Made by a program: the position numbers and the translations under genes. Below the pieces are notes generated by a model. That model saw only the letters and a program-made list of their open reading frames with translations. It ran no database searches and was not told where the DNA came from. Shown here piece after piece: positions 1 through 8,602 of a stretch of 64,000 nt of DNA. How positions within the stretch are numbered: the stretch's first letter is position 1; each line of letters opens with the position of its first letter. The stretch lies in NCBI GenBank assembly GCA_050951325.1, contig JBMNIW010000012.1, forward strand, positions 224,001 through 288,000. Direction: 5' to 3'. Origin of the DNA: Clostridia bacterium (GTDB lineage: Bacteria; Bacillota; Clostridia; UBA1212; DUPL01).

Positions 1-307
1 ACAATGTTCCATTCTCCACTTTTATGCCTATCATATTGTACTTTACAGCCAGGTCTTTTGGTATCTTGCTTACTGCCTCTATTTCTACGGGAAATGCGAT
101 AACATTTATAACAGGGAGGTTAAGACGCTGTCCCAATGCCTCAATAACCTGGGTTTCTGTAACAAAGCCAAGTTCAATAAGTATCTGTCCCAGTCTTTTT
201 TTTCTGTCCCTTTTCTGGGCCTCGAGAGCCTGGTTCAACTGGTCATCGTTGATATAATTGTATTCCTTTAGGACTTCGCCTATAGGAACATTCACAATGT
301 TGCTCAT
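1..307 (-). CDS. pilB: Type IV pilus assembly ATPase PilB/GspE, N-terminal part with MshEN domain (runs off the window edge)
   Basis: Not in the ORF track. Manual translation from ATG 307 gives MSNIVNVPIGEVLKEYNYINDDQLNQALEAQKRDRKKRLGQILIELGFVTETQVIEALGQRL..., a tandem RLGxxLxxxGxVxxxxxxxxL MshEN motif. Follows pilMNO. Confidence 0.85.
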   Translation of the reverse strand, partial: MSNIVNVPIGEVLKEYNYINDDQLNQALEAQKRDRKKRLGQILIELGFVTETQVIEALGQRLNLPVINVIAFPVEIEAVSKIPKDLAVKYNMIGIKVENGTL

Positions 308-318
308 AATCTCACCCA

Positions 319-954
319 TTACATTAGCAGTTCAAACAAATTGAATTTGCCTTCCTCGTGCATATATATCTCAAAAGTCATTACTATTCCAACATTTGAT
401 GCATCCTCTCCCAATGAGCCACCCTCTCCTGAAAGTATGTTACAGGTCTCTATCCTTATTGTCCCGGTTTCTGAAAACAAATCCAAAATATTTTCAAAAT
501 CCTCCATACTCCCTTCAAGACGTATGGAAATCCTCATAGCCTGAACGTTTACCGCTTCTTCCTTCTTATCGCTCTGCATGTATGGCAGTATCTCTTTGGT
601 AAAGGGGCCAGTTACGTTAAAGCTTTTAAGTACAATATTGTTTCTAATTGCAATTTCCGATACAAAAGCATCTATTTGCTGGTTGCTTAGCACAGGATTC
701 ATTCTGGAAAGAAGCTCGTCCACTTCTGTTTCAAGCTCCACAATCTCTTCCTTGTATCTTTCGTAATTGTTTATGCCGCTCCTTACCTCGAATTCCTTAA
801 GCTCAAGTTCAAAAAGTGTGTTTTCTAATTCGCTGTGCCTGTCAAAAAGGGGCTTTACTACAAACATTCCAATACCATAAAGGATAAGGATGACCAGCAG
901 GATGTATAATAGAACTTTTTCTCTTTTTGTGAGCTTTCTAAAAATCGTTGACAT
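319..954 (-). CDS. pilO: Type IV pilus alignment protein PilO-like
   Basis: N-terminal LTKREKVLL, TM helix, coiled coil, then ferredoxin-like C-terminus (ISIRLEGSMEDFENILD). Follows pilN. Confidence 0.7.
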   Translation of the reverse strand: MSTIFRKLTKREKVLLYILLVILILYGIGMFVVKPLFDRHSELENTLFELELKEFEVRSGINNYERYKEEIVELETEVDELLSRMNPVLSNQQIDAFVSEIAIRNNIVLKSFNVTGPFTKEILPYMQSDKKEEAVNVQAMRISIRLEGSMEDFENILDLFSETGTIRIETCNILSGEGGSLGEDASNVGIVMTFEIYMHEEGKFNLFELLM

Positions 955-1541
955 TATTCATGCACCCCTGCTTTCAATAGGCACGTAACCTTGAATGTAT
1001 ATTCATTCTCCCTGATTTGACTCCAACCATCATAATATACTTCCTCAAAAAGCTGCGTGGCGCTCAAATCCTGAGTGAATGTTGATGCCGCTTTAATGTC
1101 CGTTGTTGATACATGCAATACCATATATGCGCCGCCAACATTTGAACTGTAGGAAATGTCATGTATTACAATATCATCCTTCATGCATCCTTCTATCTTT
1201 TCAAACAGTTCCGAATTGAAAAATGGATATGAATTATAATTGTTTCTGAATTTTATCAATGCACTTTCTTTATCATTTAGTTCACTTTGCCTATCCTTTA
1301 TTTCAACTACTTCCTCATGTTTTTTTGATATCTCGGGATTGTTCAAATACTCGTTTATCTTGTCAATCTCACTGGAAAGCTCTTGATTCTTTACATAAAG
1401 CCAATATGACATTCCTCCCATTATCATTACGATTAATATGGGGAAAATCGCCAGAAGTACACCCGTTGGATTCTTCTCCTTCTTTACTTTTGATTTTTTT
1501 AGTGCCTTGTACAGATTAATATCTTTTGTCATATCGCCCAT
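954..1541 (-). CDS. pilN: Type IV pilus alignment protein PilN-like
   Basis: DINLY motif (PilN INLL-like), TM helix, coiled coil. Lies between pilM and pilO. Confidence 0.75.
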   Translation of the reverse strand: MGDMTKDINLYKALKKSKVKKEKNPTGVLLAIFPILIVMIMGGMSYWLYVKNQELSSEIDKINEYLNNPEISKKHEEVVEIKDRQSELNDKESALIKFRNNYNSYPFFNSELFEKIEGCMKDDIVIHDISYSSNVGGAYMVLHVSTTDIKAASTFTQDLSATQLFEEVYYDGWSQIRENEYTFKVTCLLKAGVHE

Positions 1542-1552
1542 CCTACCCCAAC

Positions 1553-2467
1553 TTATATCAGATTCCCACTTGCGTATATGTTGTCCGAAAGAATAAAGCC
1601 CTGTGCCTTTTTATGCACAAAGACCTCGGTTTCATTGTGCGGAAAAATCTGCGCTTTTATTCCAAGCGCACTGTTTATCTGGCTGTATAGAGCTTCCTCG
1701 TCTTTATATAGGCCGCAGAAATACACATTTTCAACATTATGACCACTGCGCTGCGTACTGGCAAACTGCAAAAAGTTTGATACATGCTGCGTAATTTCCA
1801 TAAATGACAGGTTCGTTCCCCTATCGTAAATAAGCCTGTATCTGCTGGATATGGAATACTTTCCGTTTACAAACAAATAGCTTGCAAAACTGCTTCCGTC
1901 CAGTGTAATGACTATGTAAGTCTTTTCCCTCAAGCTTCTTAAGAAATGTCCAATCTTGATCATGCTGTTTATACCAAGATTTATGTTTGTTATACGTATG
2001 CCATTGCTTTCAAACAAGTCCACATAGCTTTGAAGAAGGCTTTTCTGTACACTGCAAGCATAAATATCCATCCCGTATTTCTTCTGATCCTTTTTCTTTA
2101 TGTTGTCGTCTGCATGCAAAACCGCGTAATCCAGAACATTTTCGCCTTCTTGAGGAGACAACTCCCTATTAATAATCCGCAGTATCTTTTTGTGGGAAAC
2201 CAATGGAACCCTCATTACCTTTCCTACTACAGGTGCGTTATCTATAACGAGGCTGATGCCTTTGGTTGGAAACTTGTTGGTCTTCCATATGTCTCCAATC
2301 TCCTCCCTTAATGCCAGGGCATCCGTTATAACTCCATTTAACATGGAGCCATCAGGTGTGGGTGCATTAAGATATTCATATATATTGAATACACCAAACT
2401 TGGCATCACCATTCACTATATGAATTTTTTCATTTGATATGTGTACTGATATCATTCTACACCTCAA
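1553..2467 (-). CDS. pilM: Type IV pilus assembly protein PilM (actin-like fold)
   Basis: TPDGSMLNGVITD, DYAVL and VENVYFCG segments typical of PilM; operon context. Confidence 0.75.
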   Translation of the reverse strand: MRCRMISVHISNEKIHIVNGDAKFGVFNIYEYLNAPTPDGSMLNGVITDALALREEIGDIWKTNKFPTKGISLVIDNAPVVGKVMRVPLVSHKKILRIINRELSPQEGENVLDYAVLHADDNIKKKDQKKYGMDIYACSVQKSLLQSYVDLFESNGIRITNINLGINSMIKIGHFLRSLREKTYIVITLDGSSFASYLFVNGKYSISSRYRLIYDRGTNLSFMEITQHVSNFLQFASTQRSGHNVENVYFCGLYKDEEALYSQINSALGIKAQIFPHNETEVFVHKKAQGFILSDNIYASGNLI

Positions 2468-3645
2468 TACCTGTATCTGTATAAGTTCACCATGGGGAGC
2501 ATTACTGCCATAACTACAAATCCTATGACAACTGCCAGGAAAATTACCAATGCAGGAGCCAGATATGTAGTTATTCTCTGCATGGCTGCCTCCGCTTCGT
2601 ATTCCATCGAGTTTGCCGTTGCTTCAAGCATCTTGTCCAGTCGACCGGTTTCCTCTCCAACTGATATTGTTGATGATAGTTTAATGTCGAATCCGTCTAC
2701 CATGCCTATCGAAGTTGACAAGGAGTCACCACTTTTCACTCTTTCAATGACACGGTCAAACTGATCCGCTATAAATCTGTTTGTTATGGTATTTTTAGCA
2801 ATCGACAAACATTTTATCATAGGTATTCCACTGGAGTAAAGGGAGTTCAATGTTCTTGCAAATCTGGCAGTATGAATTATCCTTAGGAGTTTGCCTATTC
2901 TGGGTATTTTGAATTTTGCTTTGTCAAACAAAACCTGGAATTCCCGAAATCTCCATGCAATTGCAAACACAAAAATTATTGACATAAATATGATAAAAAC
3001 AGCCAGAAGGTTTCTTCTGAGCAGATTGCTTAATCCCAATATTATTTTAGTTGGCAGCGGCAATTCCATACCAGTAAATATATCGGAGAACCTGGGCATG
3101 ATAAATACGAAAATAATGAAGACACTTACAATTGTAAGTCCAAGCAAAATTATTGGATATACCGTACTTCCCAATATCTTCAGGCGAAGCTCTTCATCTT
3201 TTTCATAGTGGTCTGCAAGATTCATAGCGGTTTTATCAAGGGTGCCGCTTACTTCAGATGCTCTTATCATATTGACCATAAGTTCAGGGAATGACCCCTG
3301 TTCTTCCATTGCATCGGATAGAGACATTCCCTGCCTTATCTTCATGTTTATTTCGTTGTATATTTCTCTAATATGTTTCTTAACGTCCCTCTGACTTATT
3401 ATCTGCAAAGAGCGTGCAAGGTCTACTCCCGCACCCAGGAGACTTCCCAAATTGCGGCAGAAATCCGAAATCTCCATTGCCGTAAGCTTGTATTTCTTCT
3501 TTCTTTCCACATGTTCTTTACATGTCAAAAGAAACAAGCCCTCTGCCTTGAGCAGCTCGTGCAACTTTTCCTCATCTGAAGCTTCTCTCATCCCATATTC
3601 TTTTTTGCCTTGTATATTGGTTGCAGTATATTTGTATATAGGCAT
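2464..3645 (-). CDS. pilC: Type IV pilus platform protein PilC (T2SS F family)
   Basis: MPIYKYTA start and two T2SSF repeats (FCRNLGSLLGAGVDL...ASEVSGTLD; FARTLNSLYSSGIP...VGEETGRLD). Confidence 0.93.
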   Translation of the reverse strand: MPIYKYTATNIQGKKEYGMREASDEEKLHELLKAEGLFLLTCKEHVERKKKYKLTAMEISDFCRNLGSLLGAGVDLARSLQIISQRDVKKHIREIYNEINMKIRQGMSLSDAMEEQGSFPELMVNMIRASEVSGTLDKTAMNLADHYEKDEELRLKILGSTVYPIILLGLTIVSVFIIFVFIMPRFSDIFTGMELPLPTKIILGLSNLLRRNLLAVFIIFMSIIFVFAIAWRFREFQVLFDKAKFKIPRIGKLLRIIHTARFARTLNSLYSSGIPMIKCLSIAKNTITNRFIADQFDRVIERVKSGDSLSTSIGMVDGFDIKLSSTISVGEETGRLDKMLEATANSMEYEAEAAMQRITTYLAPALVIFLAVVIGFVVMAVMLPMVNLYRYRY

Positions 3646-3712
3646 ATTATCGTCTCATAACTATTAGCTCTTCCATATCGTCCAATTCAATTCTACCATG
3701 ATACATACTTTT

Positions 3713-3741
3713 AGAAAAGAGGACGGCATTTACGCCGCCCT
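3713..3741 (-). terminator. Intrinsic terminator after the pilin gene
   Basis: Minus strand AGGGCGGC-gtaaat-GCCGTCCT followed by CTTTTCT. Confidence 0.65.
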
Positions 3742-3760
3742 GTCAATACCTGAAGATTAA

Positions 3761-4168
3761 CTAGCTTGCCTGCGGTTGTGTTTCTGGTTCTTCAGTTGAA
3801 GTTGGTTCTGAAATTGTTACTCCTTTATATTCAACTTTAGTAACCTTGCCATTTGACACAACTAATTTCGTTATATCCTCAACTTTAACATCGGCCAGTT
3901 CAGCAACATCTTTAACAAACTCATTGTAATCATCATCTGGATCATCTGAATTTATATTAAAATCTTCATCTTTTGCATATTTCTCAGATGCCAGTGTCTG
4001 AGCAGCTAGATATACCGCTCTGGCTTCTGCAGCACTAGTTTTTTTATTTGCTTTGTCAATCCACCCGATCATCGTTGGCACCAATACTGCTGCCAAAATT
4101 GCCAATATTACCAATACAACGATAACCTCAACTAGAGTCATACCTTTTTTGTTGAATAATTTCTTCAT
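3761..4168 (-). CDS. pilA: Major type IV pilin
   Basis: Prepilin signal NKKG|MTLVEVIVVLVILAILAAVLVP with E at +5; GAGGTG RBS; own terminator. Confidence 0.9.
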   Translation of the reverse strand: MKKLFNKKGMTLVEVIVVLVILAILAAVLVPTMIGWIDKANKKTSAAEARAVYLAAQTLASEKYAKDEDFNINSDDPDDDYNEFVKDVAELADVKVEDITKLVVSNGKVTKVEYKGVTISEPTSTEEPETQPQAS

Positions 4169-4353
4169 AAGTTGACACCTCTTCTATATATTCTCTATTA
4201 TTTTTTTACTACAATACGCCTTTTATACAAGGTTTAGCACGTAGATGCTACCCGTCTTCCGTCATAAGGTACTAGTATAATCCGTAATTCCAAAATAGAT
4301 ATGCATTGTTATTAACTTATAAACCTTGGAAAACCTACATTTTATTTGTGTTT

Positions 4354-4409
4354 ACACCAGAAAAATCTGGTGTTTTTTTCTTGCAAAAAAATTTTATGCA
4401 TGATATAAT
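4354..4409 (+). promoter_or_regulatory. Insulating terminator-like hairpin and sigmaA promoter of the IS1634 transposase
   Basis: ACACCAGA-aaaa-TCTGGTGT + T-run (4354-4379), then TTGCAA(4381)-17 bp-TATAAT(4404) with extended -10 TG. Confidence 0.7.
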
Positions 4410-4447
4410 AATAGTACTTCATAGTACCCTGAAAACGGAGGATTAAC

Positions 4448-6205
4448 ATGGCATACTTTTTACGTAAAGATAAAAGAAAAAATGGTTTATATCTTCAAAT
4501 GTACGAAAATTATTGGGATAAGAATTTGAAACAGGCAAGAACAAGACATATTTGTTCCTTCGGATATGTTGAGGATCTTGTTTCCGACGATATTCCTGAT
4601 CCTATTGCATATTACACCGAGGTCGTTAGGCAGAAGGAAATTGAGCGTAAAAAAATGCTAAATGAGGATATGCGTCCAAGAGCATTTGGGGATTGTGTTG
4701 AAAAAAATGTTGGATATTTCCTGTTCCATTCCTTGATTGAGGAACTTGAGGTCAAGGAAGTAATAGATATTCTCGCCTCTGTCTGTAAGTTTCGTTTTAG
4801 TGTTTACGACCTGCTTACCCAACTTATCTATTCCAGGATCATATGTCCTTGCTCGAAATCCAAGACTGTTTCGGATGTTTTCCCACTCTTGTATCGGTAT
4901 TCTCCGATATCTGAAGACCAGGTTTATGACGGACTTTTCTTTATTGGCGGATCCTATAAGAAGTATATAGAGTTATTTAACAAACAATACGAGAAGTTCT
5001 ACAAAAGAAACTACAATAGAGCTTATTTTGATTGTACGAATTATTACTTCGAGATAGACTTTCCGAAGGATGACAAGCAGAAAGGTCCTTCAAAAGAAAA
5101 TAGCAAAAACCCCATCATTGGGCAGGCTATGCTTCTTGATTCGGACCTTGTTCCGATTAGTATGCAAATGTATCCGGGAAACGAGTCCGAGAAGCCATAT
5201 ATAAGGAAAATAATCGAAGAGATGAAGCAGAAATACAATGTGACCGGTAAGACTGTTCAAATTGCAGACAAGGGGCTTAACTGTGCCCGTAACATATATG
5301 CTGCCGTTGTAGAGGCTAATGACGGATACATCTTTTCAAAAGCCATTAAAGGCAGAAAACTAAGCAAGAAAGAGAAAAGTTGGATCCTGCTAGAGAATCA
5401 AGACAATGTATTTACCGATTATACAGATGCTAAGGGAAACTTGTTATACCGCCTGAAGAGCTGCGTTGATACTTTTGAATATTCCTTCGAAGAAACTGAT
5501 CCTGATACCGGCGAGAACAGGAAAATCACTTTCTCGGTAAAAGAAAAGCGCGTAGTTTCATACAATCCATGCCTTGCAAGGAAGCAGCAGGCTGAGATAA
5601 AAAAGATGGTAGACAAAACTCTCAACTACGTTACCCATAAACAGTTGGTAAAAGAAGAGATAGGAGATGCTTCAAAATATTTGAAAGTCACCAACAAAGA
5701 CAAACACGGCAGGAAAATTGAGCCTATAATTGAAATAGACACAGCCAAAGTTGAAGAGGACATGAAATTAGCCGGGTACAATCTTATTGTCACATCCGAA
5801 ATCGACATGACGCCGAATCAGATATACGAGGCATATCACGGACTATGGAAGATTGAAGAGAGCTTCCGAATCTCTAAATCCTATCTTGACGCAAGACCTG
5901 CTTATGTACAAAAGCAAGAAACAATTTACGGGCATTTTCTTATATGTTACCTTAGTTTGTTTCTTTTACGTATATTGGAAATTAAGTGTTTCAAAGACAA
6001 AGTTAATGCCTATGACATCATAACATTCATACGTGACTTCAGAGTCGTGAAGAAGGATGACAACACGTACATAAACCTTTCCCGCAATCGAAGTGCTAAT
6101 GAAAAGATTAAGTCTGTTACTGGGATCAATGTATTGGATGCTCTGTACTTAACAGAACGAGAACTTGACAATTTATTTGATTCTACTATCCTAATCGACT
6201 ACTAA
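4448..6205 (+). CDS. IS1634-family DDE transposase
   Basis: YFDCTNYYFE, GPSKE, YPGNESE, IADKGLN and YHGLWKIEESFRISKS...GHFLICYLS motifs; GGAGG RBS. Confidence 0.95.
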   Translation: MAYFLRKDKRKNGLYLQMYENYWDKNLKQARTRHICSFGYVEDLVSDDIPDPIAYYTEVVRQKEIERKKMLNEDMRPRAFGDCVEKNVGYFLFHSLIEELEVKEVIDILASVCKFRFSVYDLLTQLIYSRIICPCSKSKTVSDVFPLLYRYSPISEDQVYDGLFFIGGSYKKYIELFNKQYEKFYKRNYNRAYFDCTNYYFEIDFPKDDKQKGPSKENSKNPIIGQAMLLDSDLVPISMQMYPGNESEKPYIRKIIEEMKQKYNVTGKTVQIADKGLNCARNIYAAVVEANDGYIFSKAIKGRKLSKKEKSWILLENQDNVFTDYTDAKGNLLYRLKSCVDTFEYSFEETDPDTGENRKITFSVKEKRVVSYNPCLARKQQAEIKKMVDKTLNYVTHKQLVKEEIGDASKYLKVTNKDKHGRKIEPIIEIDTAKVEEDMKLAGYNLIVTSEIDMTPNQIYEAYHGLWKIEESFRISKSYLDARPAYVQKQETIYGHFLICYLSLFLLRILEIKCFKDKVNAYDIITFIRDFRVVKKDDNTYINLSRNRSANEKIKSVTGINVLDALYLTERELDNLFDSTILIDY

Positions 6206-6254
6206 GGTACTATGTTTTGAGTTGAACGACGGAAGTCAGGTGCTAAGTATAAAA

Positions 6255-6283
6255 ATAATAACGTATTTTTCCAGTGATGTCAA
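6255..6283 (-). promoter_or_regulatory. Orphaned sigmaA promoter of pilA
   Basis: Minus strand TTGACA (6283-6278)-17 bp-TATTAT (6260-6255). Removing the IS places the start site ~80 nt upstream of the pilA ATG. Confidence 0.75.
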
Positions 6284-6622
6284 TACTTCTTTTATAATCT
6301 TAGCAAAAAAATTTAACTAATTTTTCACAAAAAATATATTGTTTTTACGTTTTAATTGTTTTGTTGTTCACTTATACACAAGCAATATTAGTAAAACTGG
6401 CAAAAAAAATATATACATACCATAAAAACTATCATACCCACCATCCCGTAAACTGAGTCCGAGTTTATCTTTAACTTGGACTCGCTTGCTTTCTATAACA
6501 GGATGTCTGTTTAGGCTATCTTTAGTTAGCGTAAAGATTCTCTAGGTTTGTGACAAAAAAAGTAAAGCCCCTCAATATGTTATAATATATTTGTGAAAAT
6601 AAAACAAGGAGTGAGCTTTACT

Positions 6623-7960
6623 ATGTATAGTATAACACAAGCAGCAGAAAAATTACTAGAGGAAATTTTTAAAACTAATATTACCGAGGGATTAACGAGC
6701 TCTATTTATCATTTATATGCTTCATTCGATGAGTTTGTACGAACATTTTTGTCATCTAAATTGAATGAGTTGGATCAAGATATATTTAATAATCCTGATT
6801 GTCGAGAAGGCTGGAAAGTCGTCCATAAGGATGTCCCACGAACTATTCAGTGTAGGTTTGGACCATTATCATATAAAAGAAGGTACTATAGACATAAAGA
6901 AACAGGGGTAACACTGCACTTAGCGGATGTATTAGCTAAAATTGATAAAGGAGACAGAATAGAGAGAGGACTCGCGTTAACCCTTACAGAGTTAGCGACA
7001 GATAATTCATATGAAAAAAGCTCGAAAATAGCCTGTAACAATCATGTTTCACGGCAAAGTGTAATGAAAAAGACTAGAGCAGCGAAGAATTATGAGCTTG
7101 AGAAAGAACCTGAAAGAAGAGAAGTAAAAGAGATACATATTCAAGTTGATGAAGATCATGTTGCGATGCAAAACGGAAAGAGTTCAATTGTAAAACTGGC
7201 TGTTGTCCATGAGCCTAGAAAGCAAATTAAAAGCAAAGCCATTTTACCTAATAAGATGCATTTTGCTAGCCATAAAGATAAACCAGAAGATTTTTGGTGC
7301 AAAGTGTCAGAGGGCATTATTGAGCGATATGGCAACCGCGATGACTTGAAGGTATACATTCATGGCGATGGTGCATCCTGGATAAAAACAGGACTAGAAT
7401 GGATTCCTAATAGTGTCTTTATACTTGATCGGTTCCATGTACATAAATACATAAATAAACTTAACGACTTCAAATATATCAATCAAACATGGCAATATTT
7501 GCGTCGCGAAAACTACAATGATTTAAAAGTGTTTTTATACACGCTAGTTGCTAATGATGAGATAGATGAAAAGACAGGAAGCGAAATATATAGCTATTTA
7601 AGGAATAATAGAGAAGGGATTAAGAATTTATTGACTCTGCCACCTAATACTGTTAAATCATGTGCAGAAGGGTTAGTAAGCCATGTTTTGTCTGATAGGT
7701 TAAGTAGAAAACCGCTCGCATGGAGCGCAGAAGGATTAGAAACAATTACTCAGCTAAGGATGTATTTGCTTAACGGAGGAGCGCTCGAAGAAAAGCATTT
7801 TGTGCAGACAAACCCATCGGTAGAAAAGCATAAATCAAAGGTAATTGAGATGCGTAAGCGTCTAGCTCCGCCTACTTATTATATGAATTTTGATATAAAT
7901 AAATATATACCGCGAAAAAAAGACAATAAGTTCCTTAAATCGCTTGCACATATTTCTTAG
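6623..7960 (+). CDS. ISLre2-family transposase (UPF0236)
   Basis: RTIQCRFGPLSYKRRYY, IQVDEDHV, HGDGASWIK, LDRFHVHK and SCAEGLVSHVLSDRLSRKPLAWS motifs. ATG 6623 follows an AAGGAGTG RBS. Confidence 0.93.
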   Translation: MYSITQAAEKLLEEIFKTNITEGLTSSIYHLYASFDEFVRTFLSSKLNELDQDIFNNPDCREGWKVVHKDVPRTIQCRFGPLSYKRRYYRHKETGVTLHLADVLAKIDKGDRIERGLALTLTELATDNSYEKSSKIACNNHVSRQSVMKKTRAAKNYELEKEPERREVKEIHIQVDEDHVAMQNGKSSIVKLAVVHEPRKQIKSKAILPNKMHFASHKDKPEDFWCKVSEGIIERYGNRDDLKVYIHGDGASWIKTGLEWIPNSVFILDRFHVHKYINKLNDFKYINQTWQYLRRENYNDLKVFLYTLVANDEIDEKTGSEIYSYLRNNREGIKNLLTLPPNTVKSCAEGLVSHVLSDRLSRKPLAWSAEGLETITQLRMYLLNGGALEEKHFVQTNPSVEKHKSKVIEMRKRLAPPTYYMNFDINKYIPRKKDNKFLKSLAHIS

Positions 7961-8000
7961 TTGTCTTTAATGGAAATTTAAAACGTCCGAGTAAAGGCGA

Positions 8001-8445
8001 AAATGCTTATATTCAACGTCTGATTGCATTAAATAGATATCAAAATTTTGTTTGTCTTTATAGCCACTTCTATATGTGGTTATTTTGGGCTACCAAAATA
8101 ACAATTGGCTTTTTACAGCTCAGTACTTAAACTCGCTAAATTCCCTCTTTGTATCAATTTTTAGCAGATGCTCCGAGATTGAATCTCTTAGGCATAGGAT
8201 GAGGGCGGGGTCTGATGTGCTAAAATGTTAATTAAAGGGCTCTTGTGGTTTTATCCTTGTATCAATCTTCCCTTCAGCCCGTCGATGCTCTCGTTTAGCA
8301 TATCAGAAGAGCCAAGTCAAGAGAAGAAACGAAGTGGCTCTTGACTTGGCTCTACCAACCGGACTTGAAGTAATGCAATGAATATGCTCTTGCAGGTTAA
8401 TTTACATCGTGATATACTGTAAGCATCACAAAGTATTAAGCATAT
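8001..8445. ncRNA. Putative large structured non-coding RNA in the ISLre2 3' arm
   Basis: No ORF of 60 aa or more. Nested stems 8009-8031/8371-8385, 8079-8088/8093-8102, 8211-8224/8294-8307, and a perfect 16 bp stem 8308-8323/8338-8353. Motif TTGTATCAAT occurs twice. Confidence 0.45.
8390..8418 (+). promoter_or_regulatory. Outward-facing sigmaA promoter in the ISLre2 right end
   Basis: TTGCAG(8390)-17 bp-TATACT(8413) with extended -10 TG, pointing at the glycosyltransferase operon. Confidence 0.6.
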
Positions 8446-8602
8446 TTAAAGGGTCAAAAAAGCAGCTAATACTATATCCTTTAAACCTAGAAGAAAATGA
8501 CGCGGTCGTATTTACAAAAACGGTTGCTTGCATTAATATATATTAAACTGTGCTAATTCAAATATACATAAGATGTTTCACCATTTATCAGGAGGAAATT
8601 AA

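Larger units (their letters stand above)
4251..6240 (+). mobile_element. IS1634-family insertion sequence, apparently complete (1990 bp)
   Basis: Terminal IRs CCCGTCTTCCGTC (4251-4263) and GACGGAAGTCAGG (6228-6240), 11/13 match. Perfect 5-bp flanking direct repeat TGCTA (4246-4250 and 6241-6245). Single intact transposase. Confidence 0.92.
6525..8507 (+). mobile_element. ISLre2-family (Mutator-like) insertion sequence
   Basis: Imperfect terminal IRs: left GCGTAAAGATTCTCTAGGTTT (6529-6549) vs reverse complement of right GCGTCATTTTCTTCTAGGTTT (8483-8503), 15/21 match. No target duplication found, so exact tips are uncertain. Confidence 0.75.

Noticed and set aside
4169-4250. c-di-GMP-I or -II riboswitch upstream of pilA
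   Set aside because: Neither consensus is recognisable, even after removing the IS in silico.
7961-8507. Group II intron fragment or passenger gene in the ISLre2 arm
   Set aside because: No domain V/VI consensus on either strand and no ORF of 60 aa or more; a very short peptide cannot be excluded.
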